Virus record (IMG/VR): IMGVR_UViG_3300049004_000093
Location: 1 to 48,519 of that record
DNA: 48,519 bases
Source of the DNA: a virus
Taxonomy: Duplodnaviria; Caudoviricetes
Reading direction: 5' to 3' (one strand)
Shown here: piece after piece, positions 17,964-26,855 of the stretch
Layout: every line of letters starts with the position of its first letter
Numbering within the stretch: position 1 is the stretch's first letter
The notes under the pieces: model-generated
Database searches by the model: none
What the model saw: only the letters and a program-made list of their open reading frames with translations
Told to the model about the DNA's origin: nothing
Made by a program: the position numbers and the translations under genes

Positions 17964-18280
17964 GGGGCGCTCCGCCTGTGGAGCTGCGTGAGCAGCTCGT
18001 CGCGCTGAACCTCTGCCTTCTCGGCCCGCGCCAGCAGGGCGCCCGCGTCGTTGGCCGCGTCGACAAGCTGGGCCAGCTTCGCCGCGTCGCAGGCCAGCTT
18101 GGTGGCGTCGGCGAGACGGAGGACCAAGCTCCCGCCGTATCGCAGCTCAATGTCGTACCGCGGCGGCGTTGAGGTGTGCTGCATCGTCGCGTCGACGGTG
18201 ACGCGATCGGGTCCCCAGCCCGTCAGGACCAGCTCCCAGGCCTCCGGCTTGCCGAAGCGGATCGTGGCGACATCGGTCAT
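17960..18280 (-). CDS. Hypothetical protein
   Basis: ATG at 18280 (MTDVATIRFGKPE...), coupled to its neighbours. Confidence 0.5.
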   Translation of the reverse strand: MTDVATIRFGKPEAWELVLTGWGPDRVTVDATMQHTSTPPRYDIELRYGGSLVLRLADATKLACDAAKLAQLVDAANDAGALLARAEKAEVQRDELLTQLHRRSAP

Positions 18281-18553
18281 CCCAGCACCAGCCCGGCCCC
18301 GCCGGCCTTGCCCAGGGCGACGAGCTGCTCGCCCAGGGCCACCGCTCCGCCGGGGGTCAGGAAGTAGGCCGACACGCCGACGGGGGTCGACACCTCCACC
18401 ACCCACGCCCAGCCCGTCAGGGCCGGGGCCGACCTGGGCCTGGCGCAGGTTGACGGCCGTGGGGACGGGTCCCATGGGCACGCGATTGTCCTCGTCGGCC
18501 TGCGAGCCGTTGGCGCCGTTCAGGCCACGGGCGAAGCCGCGTCCGTTGCCCAT
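18277..18553 (-). pseudogene. Hypothetical protein with a +1 frameshift (possible sequencing error)
   Basis: 277 nt (3n+1). Removing one base from the run at 18408-18410 gives a clean ORF ending ...GAGLVLG*. Confidence 0.5.
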
Positions 18554-19413
18554 CACTCGTTGCGGGCGATGGCGACCATTCGGCACCGACAGTTGGCGTG
18601 GGCTGGGGGGGTGAGCACCGGGCCAAGCGCCGTGGCGAACATGGCGTCCAGCCCGACGACCTGCACGCCGTTCAGCGGGCGGCATACCGGGCACAGGCGA
18701 CCGTCCTCGCGGGCGGTCACCCACTCCCTCACGAAGTCCGGACTAAGGGCACCGGCCTCCACGGCCTGGCGGTAGCCCTCGAGTGCCCCCAGGTTCGACG
18801 ACCGGGCCAGCTCGGTGCGAGCCACGCTGGTGGCCTGGGTGTCGAGCAGGCGGGCCCGGTAGGCGTCGACGAGCGCATCGGCTCGCCCCGGCGGGACCAG
18901 CTCGGCCTCCAGCACCCGGCGGCGGTTGGCCACGGCCTGGGCGTAGCGGCGGTTCAGCCCCAGGACCTGGCGCACGTCGGCCGCGGTGGCCTCCACCGAG
19001 CGCCCCTCCCGCTGGGAGCGGGCGATGATCGTGCGCAGGGCGGCCCGGGCCTCGTCGGTGATGCCGGCCACCAGGTCGCCGGCGTGGCTCTCGGCCACGG
19101 CCACGGCGCGGGAGGGGACGAGGTCGAAGGCGGCCCGGATGTCGCGCACGGCGTCCCTCGCCCCCCGCTCGGCCTCGGTACCCAGGGGGCCGCGCACGGC
19201 CCGGAGCAGGCGCCGGCGCATCAGGGACCAGTCGATGACGCGCCCGGGGTCGGGGTCGCGCCGGGCCAGCAGCTCGGCGAGCTGGGAGCCGAGCAGGGCC
19301 ACCGGGGCCAGCAGGGCGGCGACGATGGCCCGGGCCAGGCCGCGCTCGCCGGTGGCCTTGGCGATGGCCTCGGGGCTGGGGGCGGGACGCAGGGCGGGGG
19401 TGATGACGATCAC
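18553..19413 (-). CDS. MuF/SPP1 gp7-like minor head protein
   Basis: VARTEL, EWVTA...CPVCRPLNG and PPAHANCRC motifs; GTG at 19413. Confidence 0.85.
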   Translation of the reverse strand: MIVITPALRPAPSPEAIAKATGERGLARAIVAALLAPVALLGSQLAELLARRDPDPGRVIDWSLMRRRLLRAVRGPLGTEAERGARDAVRDIRAAFDLVPSRAVAVAESHAGDLVAGITDEARAALRTIIARSQREGRSVEATAADVRQVLGLNRRYAQAVANRRRVLEAELVPPGRADALVDAYRARLLDTQATSVARTELARSSNLGALEGYRQAVEAGALSPDFVREWVTAREDGRLCPVCRPLNGVQVVGLDAMFATALGPVLTPPAHANCRCRMVAIARNE

Positions 19414-19580
19414 GGCTGGTGCTCCGCGTGGCGCAGGGCAAGAAGGTGCACCGCGCCGTCCACCAGGGCTAGTTCGGCTGTCACGCTCTCTCCGACTACA
19501 AGCGGCCTGTCGCAGACCGAGCAGGGCCGCCCGATGTGATCGCTGTCGGCCGGGAGTGGGCCCAGAGGCATCGTCCTCAT
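19410..19580 (-). CDS. Small hypothetical protein (56 aa, CxxC)
   Basis: MRTMPLGPLP...CSVCD...; fills the portal-MuF gap exactly. Confidence 0.45.
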   Translation of the reverse strand: MRTMPLGPLPADSDHIGRPCSVCDRPLVVGESVTAELALVDGAVHLLALRHAEHQP

Positions 19581-20936
19581 CTACGCCGCCACCCCGTCCA
19601 CCTCGTTGGGCGGTGCTCCCACCTGGGCCCGGGCCCACGCCTCGGTCTCGGGGGTGTTGGTGATCGCGCCGGAGGTCACCAGCTGCGACCAGGCCGCAGC
19701 GAACTGCTCCATGTCCACCTGGGTGACCTTGCCCGGCCGCAGCTTGGGCGAGAGCTTGGCCGACACCCCGTTGGCCCGCATCAGCCGGGGCGTGACGTGC
19801 GAGTCGAACACGCCGGCTACGCCTCGCGTCCAGGTCTCCAGCGACCGGTGGAAGTCCTCTATGCGGGGGTCGACCAGGGCCCGCGACCCCACGCCCTCGT
19901 GGCCCATCAGCAGCCAGTCGGTGCGCACGCACATGGCCATCTCCTGGCGCTTGCGCATGATGACGGCCTGGAGGTCGAACTGGCGCCGGCTGCCCGACGA
20001 CATCAGCTTGAGCGGGAACAGCTCATGGCCGTGGTCGTCGTACTTCGTGGGCCACAGCAGCCCCTCGTTGGTGTTGCGGCGGATGTTGGCCAGCACCGCC
20101 TTCATGCGCCGCGCGGTGTTCTGCTGCTCCGGTGACGCGTTGGCGGCCAGGTACTCGGGAGGCGCCCCGCCTACCGGCAGGCCGGCCAGGTCGCGCTCGA
20201 TGCCGATGCCCTCGTGCTCCTCGATGCGGCGCAAGAAGTACCAGGGGCGGTGGGCCGAGCGCAGGGCGCTGCGCCCCTCGGGGTTGTTCTTGCGGGCCGT
20301 CGTGCGGAACAAGGCGGCGCGCTCGATGGGGATGAAGCGGGCCGGCCCGCCCAGCAGCTGCTGCCACATGCCACGGAGCCTGCCGGTGACGGCGTCGAAC
20401 TCCCATCGCAGCTTGGACTCCTGGGCCCGCTCGTAGATCCCCCGCCAGCCCACCAGGCCGTCGTCGTAGTCCGAGCTCGGCTTGGCGCTCGGGTCGTCGG
20501 GGCGGTCGGGCTGCTCGCCGTCGCGGCGCTTGAGCACCACGTTGAAGTAGCTCCACCCGAAGGGGACCATGGTGAAGATCGAGCTGGCCGTCTCGGGCCA
20601 GGACAGCGACATGTCGTCCAGGCACGACTGGCAGTGGTCGGCCCACCGCTGCCCTTCCGCTCCCGAGTCCGGGGCGGGCTCGAAGGTCCACGGCACCTGG
20701 CGCACCAGGTTGTCGATGGTGAGCAGCGAGCCCCCGATGGTGGGGTCCTCCTCCGACATCTCCTTGTAGGTGGCCACGGCGCGGTCACCCTGGAGGGCGG
20801 GGCGGAACTCCTCGGCCAGGACGCCCCCGTACTCGAGCAGCCCGGTGCCGCCCAGCTCCACGAAGTCGTCGCCGGCGGCGGCCCTGGCCTTCTCGACCTG
20901 CTCCTCGTCGAGGACAGCCGAGCCGTTGGTGCTCAC
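19581..20936 (-). CDS. Portal protein (DUF935/Mu gp29-like)
   Basis: ELG.TGL...YKEM, NPEGRS.LR...W...E.IGIERDLAGLP motifs; follows the terminase. Confidence 0.9.
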   Translation of the reverse strand: MSTNGSAVLDEEQVEKARAAAGDDFVELGGTGLLEYGGVLAEEFRPALQGDRAVATYKEMSEEDPTIGGSLLTIDNLVRQVPWTFEPAPDSGAEGQRWADHCQSCLDDMSLSWPETASSIFTMVPFGWSYFNVVLKRRDGEQPDRPDDPSAKPSSDYDDGLVGWRGIYERAQESKLRWEFDAVTGRLRGMWQQLLGGPARFIPIERAALFRTTARKNNPEGRSALRSAHRPWYFLRRIEEHEGIGIERDLAGLPVGGAPPEYLAANASPEQQNTARRMKAVLANIRRNTNEGLLWPTKYDDHGHELFPLKLMSSGSRRQFDLQAVIMRKRQEMAMCVRTDWLLMGHEGVGSRALVDPRIEDFHRSLETWTRGVAGVFDSHVTPRLMRANGVSAKLSPKLRPGKVTQVDMEQFAAAWSQLVTSGAITNTPETEAWARAQVGAPPNEVDGVAA

Positions 20937-20943
20937 CGGGCGG

Positions 20944-20980
20944 AGGGTAAGGCGGGGGTGGTCAGATCAGAGGGAGGTGG
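20944..20980 (-). promoter_or_regulatory. Putative late promoter (CCACCTCCC-N22-TACCCT), leaderless portal mRNA
   Basis: The -10 element lies 7 nt before the portal GTG. Confidence 0.65.
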
Positions 20981-20981
20981 C

Positions 20982-22538
20982 TCACCGCCCATAGTCGGCG
21001 TAGCCCCCCATCTCCCCGTACCCGTAGTCGGCGGCCGAGGCCCCCATGTCCCACTCGTTGGCCTGGGGCGTCTCGACCGGTCCGGCCGGCTCGAAGCTGA
21101 CGCCCCGGCCCATGAGCAGGTACCGCAGGGCGTCGATCCAGTCGTCACCGTCGGCCTTGAGGACGTCCTCGGGCCGGTTGGGGTCGTGCACGGCGGTGGG
21201 GACGGTGCGGATGAGGTCGGTGCAGGTGGAAAGGACGTGCAGCCGGGGGCACGTCTCCCAGCCCAGGGCCCGGTGCAGCTCGCACGCCGGCATCTCGGCC
21301 AGGTAGTGGTGGACCCGGGCCCAGCCGTTGACGCGGTCGTTCACCGCCCTGCGCAGCTCGACGCCCTCGTTGCCGTACACCTCGGCGTTGGTGTTGTGCT
21401 CCCCGACCTTGGCCCACATGGACGGGTCGGCGTGGCGGGCCTCGATGCGCTGGTCACCCTCGGCGGCCAGGATGCGATGGGCCTGGTCGGTCTGCCCCAC
21501 CTTGGTGCCGTCGAGCTCGCGGTAGACCCAGCACCGGCCGTCGTTGTCGTAGGCCCCGAACAGGGCCACCCACGGGTGGGCGAAGCCGTAGTCGATGCCC
21601 TCCTCGCGCGGCCACTCGGGCGGGATCGGGATCGGGTCGATCACGTGGCGGTCCCTGGACCACTCCTCGAAGAACTGGCCGGCGAAGACGTCCCAGTTGC
21701 CGTCGCGCATGGCCTTGCGCCGGCCCGGGTCGGGGATGGCGTCCAGGGTCCGGCGGTAGCCGGCGTCGGCCGCCAGGTAGGGGTTGTCGTCCAGGCGGGC
21801 GGGGATGAAGGCCACGGTGCGCCCGAAGTCGTCGGTGACCACCCGCTCGCCGTAGTCGGTGGGGACGATGAAGCGCTCCTTGACCTCCACGTGGCTGGGT
21901 CCGCCCGGGTTGGCCGCGCTGCGGGTGCCGATGACGGGCACGGCCGGGTCGGCCGAGCGCAGCCGCTCCTGGAGCACCGGCACCACGCCCGGGGCCATGA
22001 GGGTGCGCTCGTCGACCAGAAGTAGCTGGTAGTCGCCGCCCATGCGCCGGTACGCGTCCTCGGCCCGCTCGCAGTAGCGGAAGCGCATCTTGGACACCCG
22101 CCCGGCCCGGACGCCGAAGGTCAGCTCCCGCAGCGTCTTGTTCCAGCTCGCCCCCAGGTCCTCGGCGTAGGCGTAGCGGCCCAGGGCCTTGAGGAAGCTC
22201 TCCTCGAGCTCGTCGTAGGTGCGCCGGTAGGCGCCCACCCAGATGCCCGAGTAGCGCACGCACGCCCGCAGGCCCTCCATGAGCAGGCTCTGGGTCTTCC
22301 CGCCGCCACTCGCGCCCCCGAACAGCACGTCGTCCTCGGTGGCCGCGTGGAAGCGCTCCTGGGGGCAGCGCCCGCACGGGGCGACGACCTCCCCTCGCTC
22401 CTTGGCGGCGATGCGGGGCAGGCAGATCGGCTCGTACCCCAGGCGCTCGAAGGCGTCGACGGGCGCCTCCTCCTCGGGGTCGGCCCAGGTGCCGAGCACG
22501 TAGCCCCAGGGGTTGAGGGGGGAGGTGGTGAGGCTCAC
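20982..22538 (-). CDS. Terminase large subunit
   Basis: GGASGGGKT Walker A, LLVDE Walker B, ANPGG, GIDYG and DDWIDALRY nuclease motifs. Confidence 0.95.
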   Translation of the reverse strand: MSLTTSPLNPWGYVLGTWADPEEEAPVDAFERLGYEPICLPRIAAKERGEVVAPCGRCPQERFHAATEDDVLFGGASGGGKTQSLLMEGLRACVRYSGIWVGAYRRTYDELEESFLKALGRYAYAEDLGASWNKTLRELTFGVRAGRVSKMRFRYCERAEDAYRRMGGDYQLLLVDERTLMAPGVVPVLQERLRSADPAVPVIGTRSAANPGGPSHVEVKERFIVPTDYGERVVTDDFGRTVAFIPARLDDNPYLAADAGYRRTLDAIPDPGRRKAMRDGNWDVFAGQFFEEWSRDRHVIDPIPIPPEWPREEGIDYGFAHPWVALFGAYDNDGRCWVYRELDGTKVGQTDQAHRILAAEGDQRIEARHADPSMWAKVGEHNTNAEVYGNEGVELRRAVNDRVNGWARVHHYLAEMPACELHRALGWETCPRLHVLSTCTDLIRTVPTAVHDPNRPEDVLKADGDDWIDALRYLLMGRGVSFEPAGPVETPQANEWDMGASAADYGYGEMGGYADYGR

Positions 22539-22569
22539 GGGCTCACCGACAATTCGTCCACAATTCCGC

Positions 22570-23247
22570 TCACCCTTCTGGCGCCGGCGGTGTGCCCCGG
22601 AAGGCCAGGCCGGCCAGGGCCCGGCGCACGATGCCGGGTACCTGGGTCCGCTGGAACTCCTCCAGCACGTCGCCGGCGACGCCGGCGGTGGCCAGGCCGG
22701 TGAACACCCCGTCGAGCACCCGGCGCAGGACGTCGGAGAGCTGGCGGCCGATCGACTCCTCGATGCGGATGCGCCGCTCGTCGATCTTGGCGTCGGCGCA
22801 GGCCTTGGCCACCCTCCCGTACTCCCGCAGGGCCGTCTCCAGCAGCTCCACCCACACCGAGGGCTTCTGGCCGACCTCGCCGTCGGCCTGGGTCAGTCCG
22901 GTGTCGTCCTCCATGTCGGCGATGACGGCCCGCAGGTAGGCCACCATGCCCGCCCGGATGCCCAGCACCTCCAGGAGGGCCTCGGTCGGCTCCACGTCGC
23001 GCCGGGCCGCGAAGTCGGCCACGGCGCGCCGGGCCTTCTCGTCGGCGGCGTGGGCCTGGTGGGTCCGCGTCGAGCCCCCGTGGAGCTTGCACGCCCCGAT
23101 GCCCACGTGCTCGGTGCCCCAGCCCTTTCTCTGGGTGCAGGGCTCGCCGGCCCGGGTGAGGCCGCCGCAGTGGAGCTCGCACGCGGGCACGGCGCAGAGC
23201 GGGCAGGGGAGACGGTCACGGCCCTGGGGGGACTTCCTGGTGGTCAT
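22570..23247 (-). CDS. Terminase small subunit (HGGxST domain)
   Basis: CGGLTRAGEPC...CKLHGGST motif; directly upstream of the large subunit. Confidence 0.7.
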   Translation of the reverse strand: MTTRKSPQGRDRLPCPLCAVPACELHCGGLTRAGEPCTQRKGWGTEHVGIGACKLHGGSTRTHQAHAADEKARRAVADFAARRDVEPTEALLEVLGIRAGMVAYLRAVIADMEDDTGLTQADGEVGQKPSVWVELLETALREYGRVAKACADAKIDERRIRIEESIGRQLSDVLRRVLDGVFTGLATAGVAGDVLEEFQRTQVPGIVRRALAGLAFRGTPPAPEG

Positions 23248-23305
23248 GGCCTCGGCCGGTTGCGGGAGCCCGGTGGCCGGCCCCGGTCGCGCCTGCCGTA
23301 GCGAT

Positions 23306-23554
23306 TCACGCCTGCGGGCGCAGCACCCCGCGCCCCGACACCGTCGGTGGCACCACCCGGTCCCGCCCGTAGAAGCACGGGTCGCCGGCGACGAAGGCGG
23401 CCGCGCTGCGGCGGGAGGCGAAGGCGCCGAAGGCCAGCATCCAGCGGCGGGCGTCGGCCAGCTCGTCCAGGGAGAGGGAGGCGACCACCGACTCGGGGGT
23501 CTGGGAGTAGACGACGTCGAGGATGTGCGGGGGGAGGGAGGGGTCGGCGGCCAC
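23306..23554 (-). CDS. Hypothetical protein
   Basis: Clean ORF in the operon. Confidence 0.45.
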   Translation of the reverse strand: MAADPSLPPHILDVVYSQTPESVVASLSLDELADARRWMLAFGAFASRRSAAAFVAGDPCFYGRDRVVPPTVSGRGVLRPQA

Positions 23555-23557
23555 GGG

Positions 23558-23935
23558 TCAGCGACGACGGCGGATGCGGAGCCACTTGGCCGTATGGGCG
23601 ACCGGCCCCGGCGTGGCGGGGGTGACCGGCACCTCTTCGATCTCCAGGGCGCTGCCGGGCACGCCGAAGAACATCAGCGAAGCGGCCGTCTCGTTGACCG
23701 GCTGCGCCGACGTCGCCACGTTGCCGGCCCAGCGGCGGTGGTCGTTGCCGGCGCCCGGCGGCCGGTTGAAGTCCGCGGGGCAGGGCAGCTGGCCGTCAGC
23801 GGGCTCGTGCCCGGTGAAGGCGATGCCCCACGCTTCCCGGAGGGCCTGCCATTCGGGGTGGCGGTCGCAGTACTCGCAGACGCCCCGGTCGTGAAGCACG
23901 CGCTGGTCGCAGTGGGGGAACGGCCCGAGGCTCAC
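23558..23935 (-). CDS. Conserved phage hypothetical protein (PHCD.RVLH...CEYCD)
   Basis: Probable leaderless GTG at 23935, 7 nt after the -10 of the repeated promoter. Confidence 0.55.
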   Translation of the reverse strand: MSLGPFPHCDQRVLHDRGVCEYCDRHPEWQALREAWGIAFTGHEPADGQLPCPADFNRPPGAGNDHRRWAGNVATSAQPVNETAASLMFFGVPGSALEIEEVPVTPATPGPVAHTAKWLRIRRRR

Positions 23936-23942
23936 GCGGTCC

Positions 23943-23978
23943 ATGGTCGTCGTGGCGCGGCCGGCGCCGGGGGAGGTG
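23943..23978 (-). promoter_or_regulatory. Putative late promoter (CACCTCCC-N22-GACCAT) for the packaging operon
   Basis: Fourth copy of the motif, same spacing. Confidence 0.55.
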
Positions 23979-24072
23979 TCTACGGCTGTAGACCGCTCAC
24001 TGTGCCGTGCTCACTGTGCAGTGCAGCGATTTTGCCGCCTCACTTGTGGTCGAAGGATCGATACACCTCCGT

Positions 24073-25599
24073 CTAGAAGGGCCACCCCTGGTCCCGGCCG
24101 CGGTCCAGCAGCTCGATCGCCCGGAACCCCGCGTCCGTGAGCCCGCCAAAAGTGTGGCGCCCATCCTGGCCGGACGGCATCCCACCGACCCGGTAGCCGG
24201 CAAGGTTGAAGGTGAACAGTCGGGGGATCGGTGGCAGCGGGAAAGCGTCGTAGAAGGACTGCTCATCGGTGAGCAGGACCACCCGGTCGTGGCCGCTGTA
24301 GGCCGTCCGGATGGCCGCACCCGTCTCGGTACCGCCACCGACCCACTGGCGCACCTCGCCCATAAGGCGCAGGATCGATGCCCCGGCCGGAACCTCCATG
24401 TGGCTCAGCTGGTGCGAGAACAGGTACAAGTCAGCGGCCGCGGCGCGCTTGGCCAGCGCCAGGCCGAAGATGGCCGCCGCCTCCCAGCGCTTGGCAGCCG
24501 AGCGATCGGAGAGCCACAACTCCATGGACCCGGAGACATCGACCAGGACGAGAGTCCGGCCACCCAGGGCGGGGACGTTGGCGACGGACAGATCCAGCGC
24601 TCGCTCCAACGCCTGGCCCCAGCGCATGGTCTCGGTGGCCTTCCACGCCGAGAGGAACCGCAGCGGGAACTGGCGGGACTTCGCCACCTGCTCCGGGTCG
24701 GAGAGACGAGCCGCCACCTTCGCGGCCACCTCGTCGGACACCGCGACCTGGTCGAAGTTGCGCAGGTTGCGCAGCAGGGCCATGTAGCCCATGGACGGGA
24801 TGACCGCTTGCCACGCCTCGGCGTCCATTCCCCCCGGCAACCATCCCGCGAGGCGCTCCCAGGAGAACCCGGCCTCGGCCAGGGTCTCGGGCTCGGCCCG
24901 TAGCGCGGCACGCCGGGCGTCCGGCGCCAGCGCCTCCAACCGCAGGGCCCGGGAGATGACCGGCAGCTGACCGTTCGCCTCCCCGTCGTGGTGGCGCTTG
25001 TCGAGCAGGTACTTGAAAAGCGCCTCCTGCCATGGCGCTGTGGGCTTGGGGTGTACCAGCTCGATCACATCGGCCATGCGCCACGTCCGCGACTGGCCGT
25101 CGTAGCGCAGAGCGGAGCGCTCGTTGTAGAGACGACGGCACGCGTCGGCCACGCCGCGCTTGACGGGCTGGGGGAACTTTCGGCCGTAGTGCGAGGCCCA
25201 GTAGCCCAGCACCTCGGCCGGCTCGTCGGCCCGCGAGCACGCCGAGTCGATGACGCCACGCCCATGGGGACCGCCGGCCTTGACGTACTCGGCGGCCATG
25301 ACCACCGACGCCGAGCGCATCTGCATGGTGTCGCGCAAGTAGGGCACGAAGCGTGCCACCCACTCCGCGTCCTCGGCCACGACTTGGGCGATCAGCGAGC
25401 GGAACCGCTCGTCGCGCTCCCCTGCCGGCTCGTAGAACGAGGCTTCGCCGACCATGTTGGTCACGGCCAATAGGAACAGCTCGGACTTGGCGTCGCGGGC
25501 GAAGCCTTGGCCGCCCTCGTGGGTGAGGGTGGGGTCGGTGGTGCGCACGGGCCCGAACACCTGGGGCGGGGCGGCCGACGGCCCGGAGAACTTCGGCAT
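24073..25599 (-). CDS. rsr: Ro60/Rsr TROVE-domain RNA-binding protein with a C-terminal vWA domain (508 aa)
   Basis: THEGG.GF.RD.KSELFLLAV, MGYMALLRNLRNF, SRQFP.RF and vWA DVSGSM...GGT...TDEQ motifs. ATG at 25599 after GAAAGGAA. Confidence 0.93.
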   Translation of the reverse strand: MPKFSGPSAAPPQVFGPVRTTDPTLTHEGGQGFARDAKSELFLLAVTNMVGEASFYEPAGERDERFRSLIAQVVAEDAEWVARFVPYLRDTMQMRSASVVMAAEYVKAGGPHGRGVIDSACSRADEPAEVLGYWASHYGRKFPQPVKRGVADACRRLYNERSALRYDGQSRTWRMADVIELVHPKPTAPWQEALFKYLLDKRHHDGEANGQLPVISRALRLEALAPDARRAALRAEPETLAEAGFSWERLAGWLPGGMDAEAWQAVIPSMGYMALLRNLRNFDQVAVSDEVAAKVAARLSDPEQVAKSRQFPLRFLSAWKATETMRWGQALERALDLSVANVPALGGRTLVLVDVSGSMELWLSDRSAAKRWEAAAIFGLALAKRAAAADLYLFSHQLSHMEVPAGASILRLMGEVRQWVGGGTETGAAIRTAYSGHDRVVLLTDEQSFYDAFPLPPIPRLFTFNLAGYRVGGMPSGQDGRHTFGGLTDAGFRAIELLDRGRDQGWPF

Positions 25600-25605
25600 T
25601 AGTAG

Positions 25606-25677
25606 TTCCTTTCCGAGAACCGGGGTGGACCGGGTGTCTTTGCCAAGAAGTAACCCGGCCCTTCGCACCGGAAGGGA
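25606..25677 (-). ncRNA. Minimal Y-RNA-like hairpin overlapping the rsr ribosome-binding site
   Basis: Shares CCGGUGCG, UACUUCUUG and CGGUUCUCGG with the adjacent YrlA. Two stems (8/9 bp and 9 bp); no tRNA domain. Confidence 0.7.
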
Positions 25678-25686
25678 TTGCGTGTA

Positions 25687-25826
25687 GGTGAACCGAGAAC
25701 CGAGCGGAGCACGGAAGTGCGCCTGCCTACTTGGCGCCCTCACCACCCGTCGCCGGGCAGTGGGGTGGATTCGAACCACGTTTCTATGAGCAAGAAGTAC
25801 CGCGCTGACCTGCGCACCGGTTCACC
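25687..25826 (-). ncRNA. yrlA: YrlA-type bacterial Y RNA (tRNA mimic)
   Basis: 9-bp terminal stem GGUGAACCG/CGGUUCACC; T arm GUGG-UUCGAAU-CCAC; acceptor-like stem closed by a GCGA loop; D arm GCGCC-AAGUAGGCA-GGCGC; adjacent to the TROVE gene. Confidence 0.85.
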
Positions 25827-26159
25827 CGCGATGTCAAGAAGCGACCCCCACCGTAGTGCCCGCCACACCGGTGGAGCCCCCATTTGGCCCGACACAGTTC
25901 TTGGCCTTAACGTGACGGGCCGCTCGCCGGTGCTCCACGAGGGCCTACAGCGGGCCTGAGCAGGGCGTATCCGGCCGTGGCCGCAAGCCCGGACCCCGGT
26001 GTCGGGAGGCGCTGTGCGGGCGGGACGTCGCGTGACGCGGATTTCGTGACTCCCTGGCTCCGTGCAGCCTCTGACGAGATAGAACCCGTCACTGACTTGC
26101 TTTAAACGATGCACCTCGGCCTCCCCCCGCCGCCGGCGGCCCCGTCCCCATCATGGGCG

Positions 26160-26855
26160 GTGCGCGTCCTCGGCTATGTGCGCGTGTCCACCGCCAAACA
26201 GGCCGACGAGGGCGCCGGGATCGAGGTCCAGGAGACCCGGCTGCGCACCTGGTGCATGGAGGGCGATCACGAGCTCGTCGACGTGCACCGCGACGAGGGG
26301 GTGTCGGGGTCGCTGGTCGATCGCCCTGGGTTGGCCCTGGCCCTGGCCGACATGGAGGCGGGCCGGGCCGAGGTCCTGGCCGTCTACCGCCTCGACCGCC
26401 TGGCCCGCGACCTCGTCGTGCAGGAGACGGTCATCGAGCGCCTGGCCCGGGCCGGGCGCCAGGTGCGAAGCGTCACCGAGCCCCAGATCGACGGGGCCGA
26501 CCCGACCCGGGTGCTCATCCGCCAGGTGCTGGGGGCCATCGGCCAGTACGAGAGGGCGCTGATCGTGGCCCGGATGCAGGCCGGCCAGGCGGCCAAGGCA
26601 GCGCGGGGGGGCTACGCCTACGGGTCACCGCCGTACGGGTGGAAGGCGGTGGATCACGAGCTGGTGATCGACGTCGACGAGCAGGCCACCATGGCCCGCG
26701 TCGACGAGCTGCGCCGACGGAAGATGAGCCTGCGGGAGATCGCCGAGACGCTGGTGGCCGAGGGGCACAAGCCCAAGCGGGGGTCGACGTGGCACCCCGA
26801 GGGGGTGCGCAGGATCGTGGCCCGTCTGGAGGCCGGGTTCCGGCCGCTGGGCTAG
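26160..26855 (+). CDS. Serine recombinase (resolvase/invertase catalytic domain plus C-terminal HTH)
   Basis: GYVRVST..Q, D.GVSG...RPGL and YRLDRLAR motifs; likely GTG at 26160. Confidence 0.9.
   Translation: MRVLGYVRVSTAKQADEGAGIEVQETRLRTWCMEGDHELVDVHRDEGVSGSLVDRPGLALALADMEAGRAEVLAVYRLDRLARDLVVQETVIERLARAGRQVRSVTEPQIDGADPTRVLIRQVLGAIGQYERALIVARMQAGQAAKAARGGYAYGSPPYGWKAVDHELVIDVDEQATMARVDELRRRKMSLREIAETLVAEGHKPKRGSTWHPEGVRRIVARLEAGFRPLG

Noticed and set aside
18400-18415. Programmed frameshift in 18277-18553
   Set aside because: A single extra base in a short homopolymer, like those at 37939 and 38373, is more simply a sequencing error or mutation.
22515-22530. Fifth copy of the CCACCTCCC box
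   Set aside because: It is inside the terminase coding start and has no -10-like hexamer at the 22-bp spacing.
25765-25779. GGTTCGAATCC T-loop suggesting a tRNA gene or tRNA-derived att site
   Set aside because: The arms are in permuted order (T before D), the acceptor stem is closed by a loop, and there is no anticodon arm or CCA end. This fits YrlA, not a tRNA.
25600-25779. 60-aa N-terminal extension of the TROVE ORF in the ORF track
   Set aside because: It runs through the Y-RNA elements. The ATG at 25599 has a strong SD and a typical TROVE N-terminus.
25606-25826. Repeated blocks as a possible mini CRISPR array
   Set aside because: Only two structured units with internal pairing, no repeat-spacer periodicity and no cas genes.
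26160-26855. IS607-type transposon
   Set aside because: There is no N-terminal MerR-like HTH and no adjacent tnpB. The DNA-binding region is C-terminal.
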